DNA of 63,772 nucleotides, filler included, from Octopus bimaculoides (Eukaryota): NCBI RefSeq assembly GCF_001194135.2. It is 5 parts of 5 records of this genome, joined end to end, with 100 filler letters (N's around TTAATTAATTAA, not from the genome) between each part and the next. Parts side by side here need not be neighbours in the genome. Positions count along the whole stretch, not along the records: positions 36,430 to 60,495 come from NC_068984.1; positions 60,596 to 62,538 come from NC_068997.1; positions 62,639 to 63,772 come from NC_068992.1; 2 more parts are not named here. One strand, 5' to 3'. Shown piece by piece: positions 51,480 to 63,772 of this stretch (position 1 is its first letter; each line of letters starts with the position of its first letter). The notes under the pieces were generated by a model. It saw only the letters and a program-made list of their open reading frames with translations, ran no database searches and was not told where the DNA came from. The position numbers and the translations under genes were made by a program.

Positions 51480-51772
51480 TCATCATCATCACCATCACCA
51501 CCACCATCATCATCATTATCACCACCACCATCATCATCATCGTCATCATCATCACCACCACCATCATCATCATCATCATCATCCTCATCTTCATCATCAT
51601 CATCAACATCATCATCATCATCATCATCATCATCGTTATCAACTTCATCATTTTCTTCATCATCACCACCATCAGCATGATGATGATCGTCATTACCACC
51701 ATCATCATCATGATCATCATCACCACCATCATGATCACCATCACCATCATCGTCGTCATCATCATTATCACA

Positions 51773-51826
<54 letters not shown>
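51480..51826. repeat. (CAT/CAC)n microsatellite
   Basis: Direct reading. Confidence 0.95.
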
Positions 51827-52490
51827 GTTTCCCGGGGACCGACGTCATGTCGGTTTCCATAGTTCTGTTTAACTTATTTGAAAACAAGTTTTTCATTGTT
51901 TTGAATTTTGGTTAAAACTTTGAACAAGGGCATCCGTTTCACTCTGTGAAGAGAAAGGGACCAGTAAATTGTGCCCTGAAGGACGCAGTTGGTATATAAT
52001 AATTTCATATGCTTTCGTCCATTTTCTTCTGATGGAATTTTGGAGAGAGAATAACGTCTACTCTCAGATTCAGTGACGAAGGATCAGGAAGAATGGGTTC
52101 AAACCATTACCAAATTCATTAGGTATCGTTATTACCATCCCTTTCGTCAGGGGTGGCTGTTAGAGGTAGTGTGTACTCGTGAATAACAACAGCAACAACA
52201 GAAACAACAGGAGTAGTAACAGCTACTACTACAGCAACAATAACAACAGTACGAGCAATGGAAAGGAAAAGGGTAGCAACAGTAGGGGCAAAGATTTTAA
52301 CAACGAGAACACCAGCTCGAGCAACAACGACAGGAAAATCAACAGCAGCATCACCCTCAGCAGCAACAACTAAAACAACAAAAACAATAACATGAGGGAT
52401 AGCAGCGATTACAGCAACAGTAACGAAAATAATGACAATGGTAAGAAAGCTATGGGGATGTGATGTAACTGCAGGAAATCTTTTGCGAGA

Positions 52491-52632
52491 ATGGCGGCGA
52501 AATCAACAAAATACTTCCCGCACTCCCTAACGGATAAAGTATCACGCCTGAGACAGGCAGCATATCGTATGAAAGTGAATGGGAGAAGAGACCACGTTGC
52601 ACTCCTGGCCGAGGTTTCGGCAGCGACTGCCC
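52491..52632 (+). CDS. Candidate first coding exon of unknown product: MAAKSTKYFPHSLTDKVSRLRQAAYRMKVNGRRDHVALLAEVSAATA
   Basis: AGA-ATG-G Kozak context, donor C|GTAAGA, CpG-rich relative to flanks; no homology recognised and no partner exon found. Confidence 0.28.
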
Positions 52633-53000
52633 GTAAGACGGTACAGTATGGCTGTGTGTTAGTAATGCCGTGGTACTAAGGCACCAAAACAAACATCAAG
52701 GTGGAAAGAGTACTCTAAACAGATATAGAACACGTGGATGAAGCGAGGCAGTTTAGGAACATTGAGGTCATTTTAAAAAGTGAAGCCCTTGCGTGACAGG
52801 AAACTCACGTTCTACCCAACATTTTCAGCGCTTAGTGATTTTCATCAGTCTCTTTTAGTTCTGGGTTCAAATTACGCTTTATGCCCATATATGCATATTT
52901 GTAAATGCAAAAATATTCTTAATTAAATTAGGGTTTTCAACCCCTAAAATGGCTCGAAATATTCAGTAAATACACTATCATATACATTTTAAACTACACT

Positions 53001-53056
<56 letters not shown>

Positions 53057-53162
53057 CCTATCTATTTATTTATTTATGTATGTATGTATGTATGTATGTA
53101 TGTATGTATGTGCGTATTTATTTATGTATGTATGTATGTATGTATGTATGTATGTATGTATG

Positions 53163-53207
<45 letters not shown>

Positions 53208-53390
53208 GTTACTTCTCTCCATCCAACCATGCATTTATCCATTCATCCATCCATCAATGTATTCACACACACACACACATATTTATACATATGCGCATGT
53301 GTGTATATACATATGTATATATTTATAGATAGATAGACATAAAAACACACATAAAGACATAATTTACTGATATATGTGCGTGTGTGTATA

Positions 53391-53432
<42 letters not shown>

Positions 53433-54923
53433 NNNNNNNNNNNNNNNNNNNNNNNNNNNNNNNNNNNNNNNNNNNNNNNNNNNNNNNNNNNNNNNNNNNN
53501 NNNNNNNNNNNNNNNNNNNNNNNNNNNNNNNNNNNNNNNNNNNNNNNNNNNNNNNNNNNNNNNNNNNNNNNNNNNNNNNNNNNNNNNNNNNNNNNNNNNN
53601 NNNNNNNNNNNNNNNNNNNNNNNNNNNNNNNNNNNNNNNNNNNNNNNNNNNNNNNNNNNNNNNNNNNNNNNNNNNNNNNNNNNNNNNNNNNNNNNNNNNN
53701 NNNNATATATATATATATATATATATACAAATCGATTCATACATATACGAATTTATGTATATGTATGTATATAAATATGTGTGTGAGTTCGTGTATGTTT
53801 GTGCTCACATGTGTATGTGAGTGTGTGTGTTTGTGTGTGTAATTACAAGTGTATAGATGTATGTATAATTTAATCAATTGAATAGGCCTTCATCAATCAA
53901 TGTTCAAAGTACGAAGCAACCAAAATCTGTGAAGAGAAAAACACACAAAAAAAAAAAAAAAATTCAACAGAAAGGAAAAGAGGAAAAATGAAAAATTACA
54001 TTAGTTAAAAAATATATAAAAAAATTATATAAGATGTTGCCACTTATATCATATAAGTTCGTTCTTGCATTAAGAACGGTGGACAATTTTTCAAGAATTC
54101 CTATCTATACGTATTGCAATGATGGATTGCTCTATTAAATTTCCTCTACATTAAACGAGTTTCTGTGAAGTAAAAAAAATTTCGAAATTTAAACCACCAA
54201 AAAGTGAAATAATTAAAAATTCCAAAATTAAAAAGAATACAAGAAAAGAAAGAAAAAGCAAGAATAAATTGTTGGGAAATACTTTTTGAAATATAAATTC
54301 CATTACATTAATACTTAGCTTTCAAGATTTTGCTGTGAACGAAGGAAGTTAATTGTGTAACCTTCATGCCTTAGCAAATGTGTAAAGTTCATGGCTTGAA
54401 TAAAGAATATTAAATAAATTTTTCTTTCGGTGTCTGACGAAGAAATTAAGCCCGAAACGTCTTAACGTTTAACGAACTTGTCGAAAATACATCAACTCTG
54501 CTATATAACTAGTAAGTTCGGGGGAGAGGACAAGTCGATTACGTCGACTCCAATGCTCAACTGGTGCTAAGTTTATCCATACCGAAAGGATGAAAGGCAA
54601 AGCCGTTGTCAGTGGAATTTGAACTCAGAACGTGAAGACGGACGAAATGCTGCTAAGCATTTTCCCGGCGTGCTAATGATTCTGCGAGTTCGCCGCCTTT
54701 CGGTAACTCTTCTGTAATAAAATACATTCATTAGTGTTATTTTAGTTTCAGTTCAACAGTGAAGAAAAAATCCTATTCTCAATGTGGTTCCTGCCGTGCC
54801 AAACTCGTTTATTTGTTATATACATTGATGAATGTACTCGTTATTTCTTTAAAACAGAGACAGAGATCTGGGTGAAACTTAGCTGCTATTTCTAGCCTAT
54901 AAAGCCACTTTAGGGCTTTATAT

Positions 54924-55117
54924 GTCAATCATTTGACTGCGACCATACTGGAGCATCGCCTTTAGTCGAATAAATTGACCCGGGGACTCTTTGTAAGCTT
55001 AGTACTTATCCTATCGGTCTATTTTGCCAAACCGCTACGTTACGGGTACGTAAACACACCGACATTGTTTGTCAAGCGATAGTTGGAGGGAGTCAAACGC
55101 AGACACAAAGACAGACA

Positions 55118-55160
<43 letters not shown>

Positions 55161-55324
55161 GACGGGCTTCTTTTAGTTCCTCTCAACCAAATCCACTCAC
55201 AAGGCTTTGGTCGGCCCGCGGCTATAGTAGAAGGCACTTGACCAAGGTGGCATGCAGTGAGACTGAACCTGGAACCATGTGGCTGGTAAGCAAGCTATTT
55301 ACCACACAGCCACTCCTACGCCTA
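54924..55324 (-). mobile_element. SINE family 2, full length
   Basis: Colinear with 41608-42032, including the internal (CA)n. Confidence 0.85.
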
Positions 55325-55791
55325 TGCTTATATACCATTTTTAACAACTCACCGACTCGTTGATGTGTTTGGTATTCGTTCTTACTCAACATTAATCGAG
55401 CAGACATTTTCATAAACAGGATCCCAGCAATGAGCATCCCGCCCCTTTCATTGCGCAATGAGCTCAAAAAAACACATCGTATGACTTCTTGTTTTCGTAA
55501 TTGCCATAGTTTGATTTCAAGGGGAGTTGGCTGCTGCTTCTAGGAGGTAGGTCGACCACGTTGGCGCTCCTTGTTAATTCGTTTTGGCTCGATGCCGTCA
55601 AGGGTGATTTCATTGGACTCTCATCACAGATGTTACGAAACGGCTTCGTCATGGTCGATGAAGATCGTTCACCGATTTAATTTCACTTCTTCTGTAACAC
55701 CCATGCTTTATATGACAGATAACGATGACAATGATGATGACGATAAATTTGAAGACGATGGAGATAATTTTGCTGATAAGGATGCAGGTGG

Positions 55792-55829
<38 letters not shown>

Positions 55830-55980
55830 TGAATGTTAGTTATACCCCAGATGAAACTTAACAAACAGCAAAAACAAAATTAGAAGACAAAATCGAAACC
55901 TGTCGAATTTCAAGCAAAACGACATTTTTTCCCCCTCGAAATGTCACGAGGTTTCACTTCGATAGAACACCATTCAAAAC

Positions 55981-56018
<38 letters not shown>

Positions 56019-56357
56019 GCCACTATCTGTTCCTTATATATATTTTTGCTGTTATTTAATTATTTATTTACCTATTATTTTTCTTTTTCGGTAATTTTTG
56101 CTGTTCGTCGATTTAGCAGAATTTAACACAATTTTATGGCTGAGACATTTTCTCTGGGAGAAGCTTGGAGATTGAAAGGAATAACTTAGAATCAGATGTA
56201 TGAGAATAAAAGACAATTCTTGTGTTGGCAGGATTGTCTTGTGTTCTTTTAATGAACTGTGATGAGATGCTGGTTCCTACAGAACGCAGCAACCATTTAG
56301 CTTTCCCAAATAAAACGTCCAGAACTCAACTATTATTCTTCTCTCTCTCTCTGCTAC

Positions 56358-56420
<63 letters not shown>

Positions 56421-56635
56421 GTAGTATTGTTGCATATGTATACATACATATATACACACATACATATATATCTCATTGTCTTTTTCTGCAATCCTTTCCA
56501 TGGTTCCGTGTCTCCTTTTCAACTCTCTCCCTCTCTTACTCATTCTCTCTCTCTCTCTTTCTCTGTCTATTGTGCACACACTCCTATCCGTCACTTTATC
56601 GCATTCTATCTTTCTAATTTCTACCTTGTAGCAGC

Positions 56636-56651
56636 AATGCTGCTGCTGCTG

Positions 56652-56714
<63 letters not shown>

Positions 56715-56737
56715 TTACTACTACTACTACTACTACT
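56636..56737. repeat. (CTG)n(CTA)n microsatellite
   Basis: Direct reading. Confidence 0.95.
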
Positions 56738-56955
56738 ATGCTCGCTACTTCTTTCGAATCAGTCATGCTTTGTAATTTTTTTGTCACAAACCTAACGTGA
56801 CATCAATATTTCGTGCTTTTGTTCACAATCGCTCTTACACTTGAACACACACATACACAAACATACACATGTATACTTATATACATACATACATATACAA
56901 TCTCACATAGACTTGTATGTATATGTATGTATATGTATTTATTGATATACATACA

Positions 56956-56991
<36 letters not shown>

Positions 56992-57878
56992 TATATATAA
57001 ATAAATATATATATAAGATCNNNNNNNNNNNNNNNNNNNNNNNNNNNNNNNNNNNNNNNNNNNNNNNNNNNNNNNNNNNNNNNNNNNNNNNNNNNNNNNN
57101 NNNNNNNNNNNNNNNNNNNNNNNNNNNNNNNNNNNNNNNNNNNNNNNNNNNNNNNNNNNNNNNNNNNNNNNNNNNNNNNNNNNNNNNNNNNNNNNNNNNN
57201 NNNNNNNNNNNNNNNNNNNNNNNNNNNNNNNNNNNNNNNNNNNNNNNNNNNNNNNNNNNNNNNNNNNNNNNNNNNNNNNNNNNNNNNNNNNNNNNNNNNN
57301 NNNNNNNNNNNNNNNNNNNNNNNNNNNNNNNNNNNNNNNNNNNNNNNNNNNNNNNNNNNNNNNNNNNNNNNNNNNNNNNNNNNNNNNNNNNNNNNNNNNN
57401 NNNNNNNNNNNNNNNNNNNNNNNNNNNNNNNNNNNNNNNNNNNNNNNNNNNNNNNNNNNNNNNNNNNNNNNNNNNNNNNNNNNNNNNNNNNNNNNNNNNN
57501 NNNNNNNNNNNNNNNNNNNNNNNNNNNNNNNNNNNNNNNNNNNNNNNNNNNNNNNNNNNNNNNNNNNNNNNNNNNNNNNNNNNNNNNNNNNNNNNNNNNN
57601 NNNNNNNNNNNNNNNNNNNNNNNNNNNNNNNNNNNNNNNNNNNNNNNNNNNNNNNNNNNNNNNNNNNNNNNNNNNNNNNNNNNNNNNNNATGCGTATATA
57701 TTTACACACACACGCAGCTACGCACATGCACACACACACACACGTATAAATATGTTTGTGTCTCTGCTAATATGAACGAAGTATGTGTATTGAGTGCTCA
57801 CTCAACTATAACTACGAGTGCTACCATAAGGCTGCAATAAAGCAACAAAGAAAAAAACACCCACATCCAGTATCAAGA

Positions 57879-57913
<35 letters not shown>

Positions 57914-58134
57914 GAGCACTTAGAAAGCGCAAGCCTCAGTCAAGGCAACACCAATGTCCTCTCAACGATTAGCCATTGATGATCTTTAAAATGAGAATAT
58001 CTGAAATAAACTCGAGTACTCTCACAAACGAGAATGCTAAAAATGATCTCGACCGTTCTAAAAAAATAAGTAAAATAAAACAGGAAAAATAATCCAGAAT
58101 TCTTGTCTGGTCCCGGATCGATCCCAAAATCTAA

Positions 58135-58695
58135 TCAGTGGCGATAATGCAACGATGTGATTGAAACAGTGGACCACCGAATGCCTGGGTGTAACGTTTT
58201 AGTACCTGCAGAGTACATATCAAGCCATAGCAGAGTTGGCCCATATCTACAATGTGTCGGCATTATAAAATCAAAACTGCTGACAAATGGTACAAGCACC
58301 ACCCTGAGACTGTAACTGAGGCAGAAAACGTAATCATTCTTTGGGACTTCCCAGTATGTACAGACCAGACCGTCAAGGCAAACAAACCAGATATTGTTGT
58401 GAAAGACCAAAACAATAAAGTCTGTTTATTGATTGACATGAGAATACTCTGTCACCATAATATCTCGGCAAAAGAATTTGACGAGCTCAGAAAATATAAA
58501 GATTTGCTAATCGAAAAGATGTAGGATCTCAAGACGGTTACAATACCAGTGATTGTAGGAGCACTTGGAATGATCAAAAAAGGGAATTGAAAATTATTTA
58601 AGAATGATCCCTGGCTTACGATTCATGCAGGAAGTGCAAAAGATTGTCTTAACTGGTACGTCACACGTATTGAGAAGAACATTGTCGCTGTGAAT
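58135..58695 (+). mobile_element. RLE-type LINE (R4/Dong-like) endonuclease region
   Basis: ILWDFPVCTDQTVKANKPDIVV...LLIDM...KYKDLLIE and PVIVGALG. Confidence 0.88.
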
Positions 58696-60370
58696 TTTTC
58701 TTTCATTTTCCCCCTTTATTTTCTGTTTTTCATCTTTTCTCTCTGTCTATCTTCCCCTTTTTCTTTATCATATGACTTTGTAAATGAACGATCTGGTGTG
58801 TTTATTTTAATCGCCTACTAATGTATATAGTGCGTTTCTCTGTCCTAGGCGTCAGGAAGACACTCGGCAAGAAATGGAGACAGAATTGAAAGATGATAAT
58901 AATAATAATAACAATAATAATAATAATAATAATTATAATAATAATAATAATAATAATAATTTCAGTTATTTACCACAGGGGCGATGAATGAGGGGGACAA
59001 TACAAAGACATAAAGCATGGGGGTTTGCATATAATGAAATGATAAAAAAAAGAGGGTTAAGTGTAGACGGTGTATACTGAAAAAGAAGGGACATATGCAT
59101 GGCATACAAATGTTAAAAAAAGTGTCAGGGAGAATGGTAGAGATGTGGCCCTCTTGATGTGGAACGGCCCGTAGGGATAATCGAGGAACCCTACTGTCCG
59201 AGATTTCCCTGAAACCCCAAGAGCAAGTGCTCTCTCTAATTCCTTCTCTCCGACTCGCACTTAGGGAGGTAAGAAGAAGGATGAGGGCGAAGAGGAGATG
59301 AAGGAGGAAAAGGAAGATAACGAGAAGTAGGAACAGAAAAAGCAGAAGAAGAAGAAGAAGAAGAAGAAGAAGAAGAAGAAGAAGAAGAAGGGAAGGAAGT
59401 AGAAGAAAACTGCCAAGAACAACAAACAAAAAACAAAACATTTACGAATGTGTGCCATTAAGCAGAAACTACGTCGTGTAACTCAAGGCTTCACATAAAA
59501 GTCGAAAACAATAATTGTCTTGGCAGCACAAAACCATCTTGAGAACAACAACAGGCAACAACATTGGCAAATACTGAAGAAGACTATCAACCCTAAAAGA
59601 TATATTGAAAGCAATATCCACAGTTTCTCTAAAAGAGATGATAAATGCCATCTAACTGCTATATTTTTCTGTGACGATAAATTCACCATATTTTATCAAC
59701 ATGTCTTACATTAGCTCCCATGATATATACNNNNNNNNNNGGGGGAGCAACGTTTATTTTTCTTATTTATATTATTTAAAATTAAAAATCATTATATATA
59801 TTATTCCTAAAGTTAGACCAGTGCTCCGCAACCTTTTTTCACTTGCAGTACACTTATATTCTTTTTAAAATACGGCGGCACACCTGACTAAAAAAGCCGC
59901 GGCACATTCGTGGTAGGAGCAGGAGGAGGAAGAGGAGTAGGTGATGGTGGAAGTGGGAGAAGAGATAGAAGATGAGGAAGAAGGGGAGGAAAAAGAAAAG
60001 AGGACGAATAGGAGAGGAGAAGTAAGAGGAGCGGGAGGTAGAGAAGAAGGAAAAAGAAGAGGGTATAAGTAGCAGCAACAGTAGTAGTAGTAGCAGTAGT
60101 AGTAGTAGTTGGAGTGGTAGTAGTAGCGGTAGAAGTAGAAGTGGTACATATGTTTAATGCTACGAGTAAAGGAAAGTATATTGGAGTTGATAAGAACAAA
60201 AATGATTTTAAAAATAATAAAAAAAATATCACAACTTTCAGTTGATAAAAGTTTCCGTGGAAAAAAATGTTTTACACACTCATACACACATTAATATATA
60301 CACACAAATATTAATATATACACACAAACCCACAACCCCGTCACACAAGTTGCTATATTTCGACTGAATG

Positions 60371-60408
<38 letters not shown>

Positions 60409-60495
60409 CAAGAGTGTGTCTGTGCGTGAGTGTTGTAACATTTTTTAGATATTTTATACACTCATATACATATATATACAAATATATATATATAT

Positions 60496-60595
60496 NNNNN
60501 NNNNNNNNNNNNNNNNNNNNNNNNNNNNNNNNNNNNNNNTTAATTAATTAANNNNNNNNNNNNNNNNNNNNNNNNNNNNNNNNNNNNNNNNNNNN
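60496..60595. other. Artificial scaffold spacer
   Basis: Linker at 60540-60551. Confidence 0.95.
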
Positions 60596-60633
<38 letters not shown>

Positions 60634-60978
60634 TTCCTTTTTTGTTTTTGAGGGTATGCATGCATATACTGAGATGTACTTGCATGACAAGTGCTTTGAT
60701 GTGAGATGATGCCTTGGAACTAAAACAATTGAGCATGGAAGGCAAAAGTTAGCCATTCAGAAACATACGAAGACTATTAACTTCACTTAAACATTTATTG
60801 CTTGTAATATAGTGTCAAAATCTTCGTCCATTGAAACTGCAGCTCAAATTTTGCCGATGACTTGATCGCAATTTCCATCCACGGAAATGTTTAAACCATA
60901 TTACAAACAATTAAACAATAAGTGATTAAGTGAAGTCAATGATTTTGTGTGACTTCGCGCCTTCAACGCTGTAGTCGT

Positions 60979-61542
60979 ATATATAAGAAATAAAAGATGG
61001 AGAAATTGACATACACACATCAGTTTATTGGAACAAATCCAATTTCGAACAATAGCAAACTCATAGAACCTACAATTGTTTCCATCGCGAATCAATTAGC
61101 TCAAATTAGAAAAATTAAATTAAAGATTCATATTGAATTATAGTTAATTAAACATTTCATCAGGGTCAGAAATTGATGGAAAAAGGAACTCTATCCCAAT
61201 GTGTTGATATATCGTTGGTAGGCTCAGCTTTAAATTCAGATATGTGCGCTTGTGCATTCTAATGTATTTTAAAAACCTAGGAATAAATGTTTTCAATTAC
61301 AGTTAACTGTATCAAAATATCGTTTAGACAACACATGTAATTCATTTTATACCAAGTTCTGACCCTAGCGAAATGTTCAATAAGTTATAATTCAATATGA
61401 ATCTTTCATTTAATTTTTCTAATTTGAATTAATAAATTGGACATGGAAAGAATTGTAGGTTCTATGAGTTTGATATTGGAAATTCGATTTGCTTCAATAA
61501 ATTGAAGTCTGTATGTCAATTTTCTCCTTTTTCTTATACATA
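60979..61542. mobile_element. Long-TIR MITE / foldback element
   Basis: About 200-bp arms (60979-61180 and 61350-61542), roughly 80% identical by eye in inverted orientation. Confidence 0.8.
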
Positions 61543-61827
61543 AATGGTAATATACCTATATCTATCGATGTGAAGCTAACATCTTTTAGGATTTCACTGA
61601 TACAATAGAGAAGACCGGGGAACTTGGATGCTGACATCCCTGTAAGAGGTATTTATATCCTTGAAATAATTTATATATCACTGAAAGATTAAAATTAATC
61701 AAAGGACATACTAAGTATGTCTACCTGCTAGAAATAGCAGTCAAAACTCTTATTTAAATCACCGTAAAAACTGGTGTTAACTAGAGAAATCCACCGTCTG
61801 TGAGTAAACGGGCTAGTACAATATCTT

Positions 61828-62249
61828 AACATACGTTCAAGTATTTGGACTCACGTGGACCGATTTCCGGACTGGCATTATAGCCTTACCTTCCTCAGTA
61901 CGTGTTACCATGATGGAAAGCCACGACCCGTCACGTTGAAGTCTGCGCTGCAACTGATTCGGTCCGTGCCGAGTCATAGCAGCCACCAGTGTGAAAATAA
62001 TTTCGAAACAAAGCAAAAATTTCTGGAGAAAATATTTGTGAAGATATTGACTGTTGTTATTATCTAGTGTAACAATTAAAAATGATAATAACAGAATCAG
62101 TAACATAGGCGATTGCAGGCCCAAAAAGCATTAAATAGCTGGATGATTAAAATTAAGCACAAAACATATTAATGCGCCCTGAGGAAAATGAGGCTATAAC
62201 ACTAGTCCAGAAACCGGTCCACATGAGTCCAAATACTTGAATTTATGTT
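61828..62249. mobile_element. MITE with TIRs of about 55 bp
   Basis: ttcaagtatttggactcacgtggaccgatttccggactggcattatagcc versus reverse complement of 62191-62241. Confidence 0.8.
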
Positions 62250-62538
62250 GAGAGATTGTCCTAGCCTCTTTGCCCGCAGACGGTTGATTTCTGTAGTTAT
62301 TATCAGTCTTTTTCAGCGATTTAAATAAGAGTTTTGACTGTTATTTCTTGCAGGTAGACACACTTAGTATGTCCTTTGGTTAATTTTAATCCTTCAGCTA
62401 TTTATTACTTTTTGGGCTTGCAATCGCCTATATTATTGATTCAGTTATTATCATTTTTAATTGTTACATTAGATAATAATAGAGTCAGTAATATCTTCGC
62501 AAATATTTTCTAAATTATTTGCTCCGTATCGAAATTAT

Positions 62539-62638
62539 NNNNNNNNNNNNNNNNNNNNNNNNNNNNNNNNNNNNNNNNNNNNTTAATTAATTAANNNNNN
62601 NNNNNNNNNNNNNNNNNNNNNNNNNNNNNNNNNNNNNN
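62539..62638. other. Artificial scaffold spacer
   Basis: Linker at 62583-62594. Confidence 0.95.
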
Positions 62639-62685
<47 letters not shown>

Positions 62686-63584
62686 ATATATATTCAATAA
62701 CAGTCTGATTCAACTTCCATTACTTAAAATTTTGTCTACATCGTCAGATATCTGCAGACTCTCCCTTCAAACATCTGACGATGTGGACTCGTTATACGCG
62801 TATTGAACTCAAATGTTGAGCTAGGTTCAACAAACACGTAATATATGAGCGTGGGCATGTGTGCGTCTATGTTTGCACTTGCCATTGAGTTTGTCTCTTA
62901 ACGCTAGACAAATGGTGTTGGTTTGCAACTAGCTGTTCGGCAAGGAGGGAACTGATAAGATAAGTACCGAACTATATATTTTGGAATTGATTTGATCAAC
63001 TGAGAAACTCTTTAATGATTGCCCCAGCTGAGCCGCAATCCAGTGACTACAACAAAAACATACCAACATAATCCATACATACATGCATACACGCATTAAT
63101 ACATGCATGTGTGTTTGTGTGCGTGCGTGTGAGTGCATGATGACGGCCATGTTGGAGCACTGTGTGCCTCCAAAGATTTGGTCGATCATCTCGACTCTCA
63201 AGTTTATTTTAATCTGATACTCTCATATTATCGATCTGTATTGGTCACGGGGCATAGTATAGCACAATGGAGATAATAACCATTTACAGAGATCGATACA
63301 TTCATAAAACACACCCGCAGGTATACATACATACATACATACATACATACATACATACATACATGCATACAAACATATGTGTATGTATATATATATATAT
63401 ATATATACATGTCTGTGTATGTGTGTATTTCAGTGTGCACGTGCTTATGTCTATCTATTAATCTATGTATCTATGTATCTATGTTTAAATGAAACCATAG
63501 ACAAACATGAATAATATATATTAATATTTATTTAAAACAGCGGCGCTGTGTTTTAAAGTAAATATAAATATTTATTAATATTTA

Positions 63585-63734
63585 TATCTATCTACATATA
63601 AATATATATATGTATGTATATATATGTGTGTATATGTATATATATATGTATAAATATATATATATATATATAAATATATAGGTATATATATGTATATATA
63701 TATGTATATATATATATACATATATATGTGCATG

Positions 63735-63772
<38 letters not shown>
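63585..63772. repeat. (TA)n-rich tract
   Basis: Direct reading. Confidence 0.9.

Noticed and set aside
51451-51915. Poly-His ORF resembling a metal-binding or beak histidine-rich protein
   Set aside because: Pure (CAT/CAC)n microsatellite, open in several frames and both strands, with no signal peptide or splice context.
54428-54470. Hammerhead-like CTGACGA...CCCGAAACGTCTTAACGTT (similar motifs at about 29605, 21465 minus, 48255 minus)
   Set aside because: Stem I or stem II does not pair, or the core is mutated; treated as decayed Penelope-type terminal motifs.
2062-57739. Long ORFs made mostly of X (for example 2062-2910, 7255-8511, 30787-31974, 50113-51183)
   Set aside because: They only run through N gaps.
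1-63772. CRISPR arrays, operons, prophage, rRNA
   Set aside because: No regularly spaced repeat-spacer structure or prokaryotic gene organisation anywhere in the window.

Overview
Eukaryotic, AT-rich, microsatellite- and SINE-dense DNA. The repeat complement suggests a coleoid cephalopod, probably Octopus (inference). The window is not one locus: four identical N44-TTAATTAATTAA-N44 spacers join five separate scaffolds (1-29759, 29860-36329, 36430-60495, 60596-62538, 62639-63772). I see no prokaryotic features, CRISPR arrays, rRNA or true tRNA genes, and most ORF-track entries are N-gap or microsatellite artefacts. The supportable genes are: (1) a tandem pair of paralogous, spliced, probably secreted proteins I cannot name. 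Gene A exons are 1379-1581, 5150-5371 and 9009-9200; gene B exons are 24003-24075, 25316-25360 and 27956-28161. Their shared exon is 38% identical with the same splice phases, and weak by-eye cytolysin-like features make them toxin candidates. (2) The C-terminal exon of an OSGIN-family flavoprotein (32315-33107, minus). (3) The signal-peptide exon of a secreted, possibly lysozyme-fold protein (34127-34354, minus). Notable mobile DNA includes a recurrent foldback repeat whose arms carry a type I hammerhead-ribozyme-like core, an RTE LINE with a twin-priming-type 5' inversion and 13-bp TSD, and Penelope, CR1, RLE-type, Tc1/mariner and MITE remnants. Repeat coordinates are approximate; exon coordinates were counted by hand.
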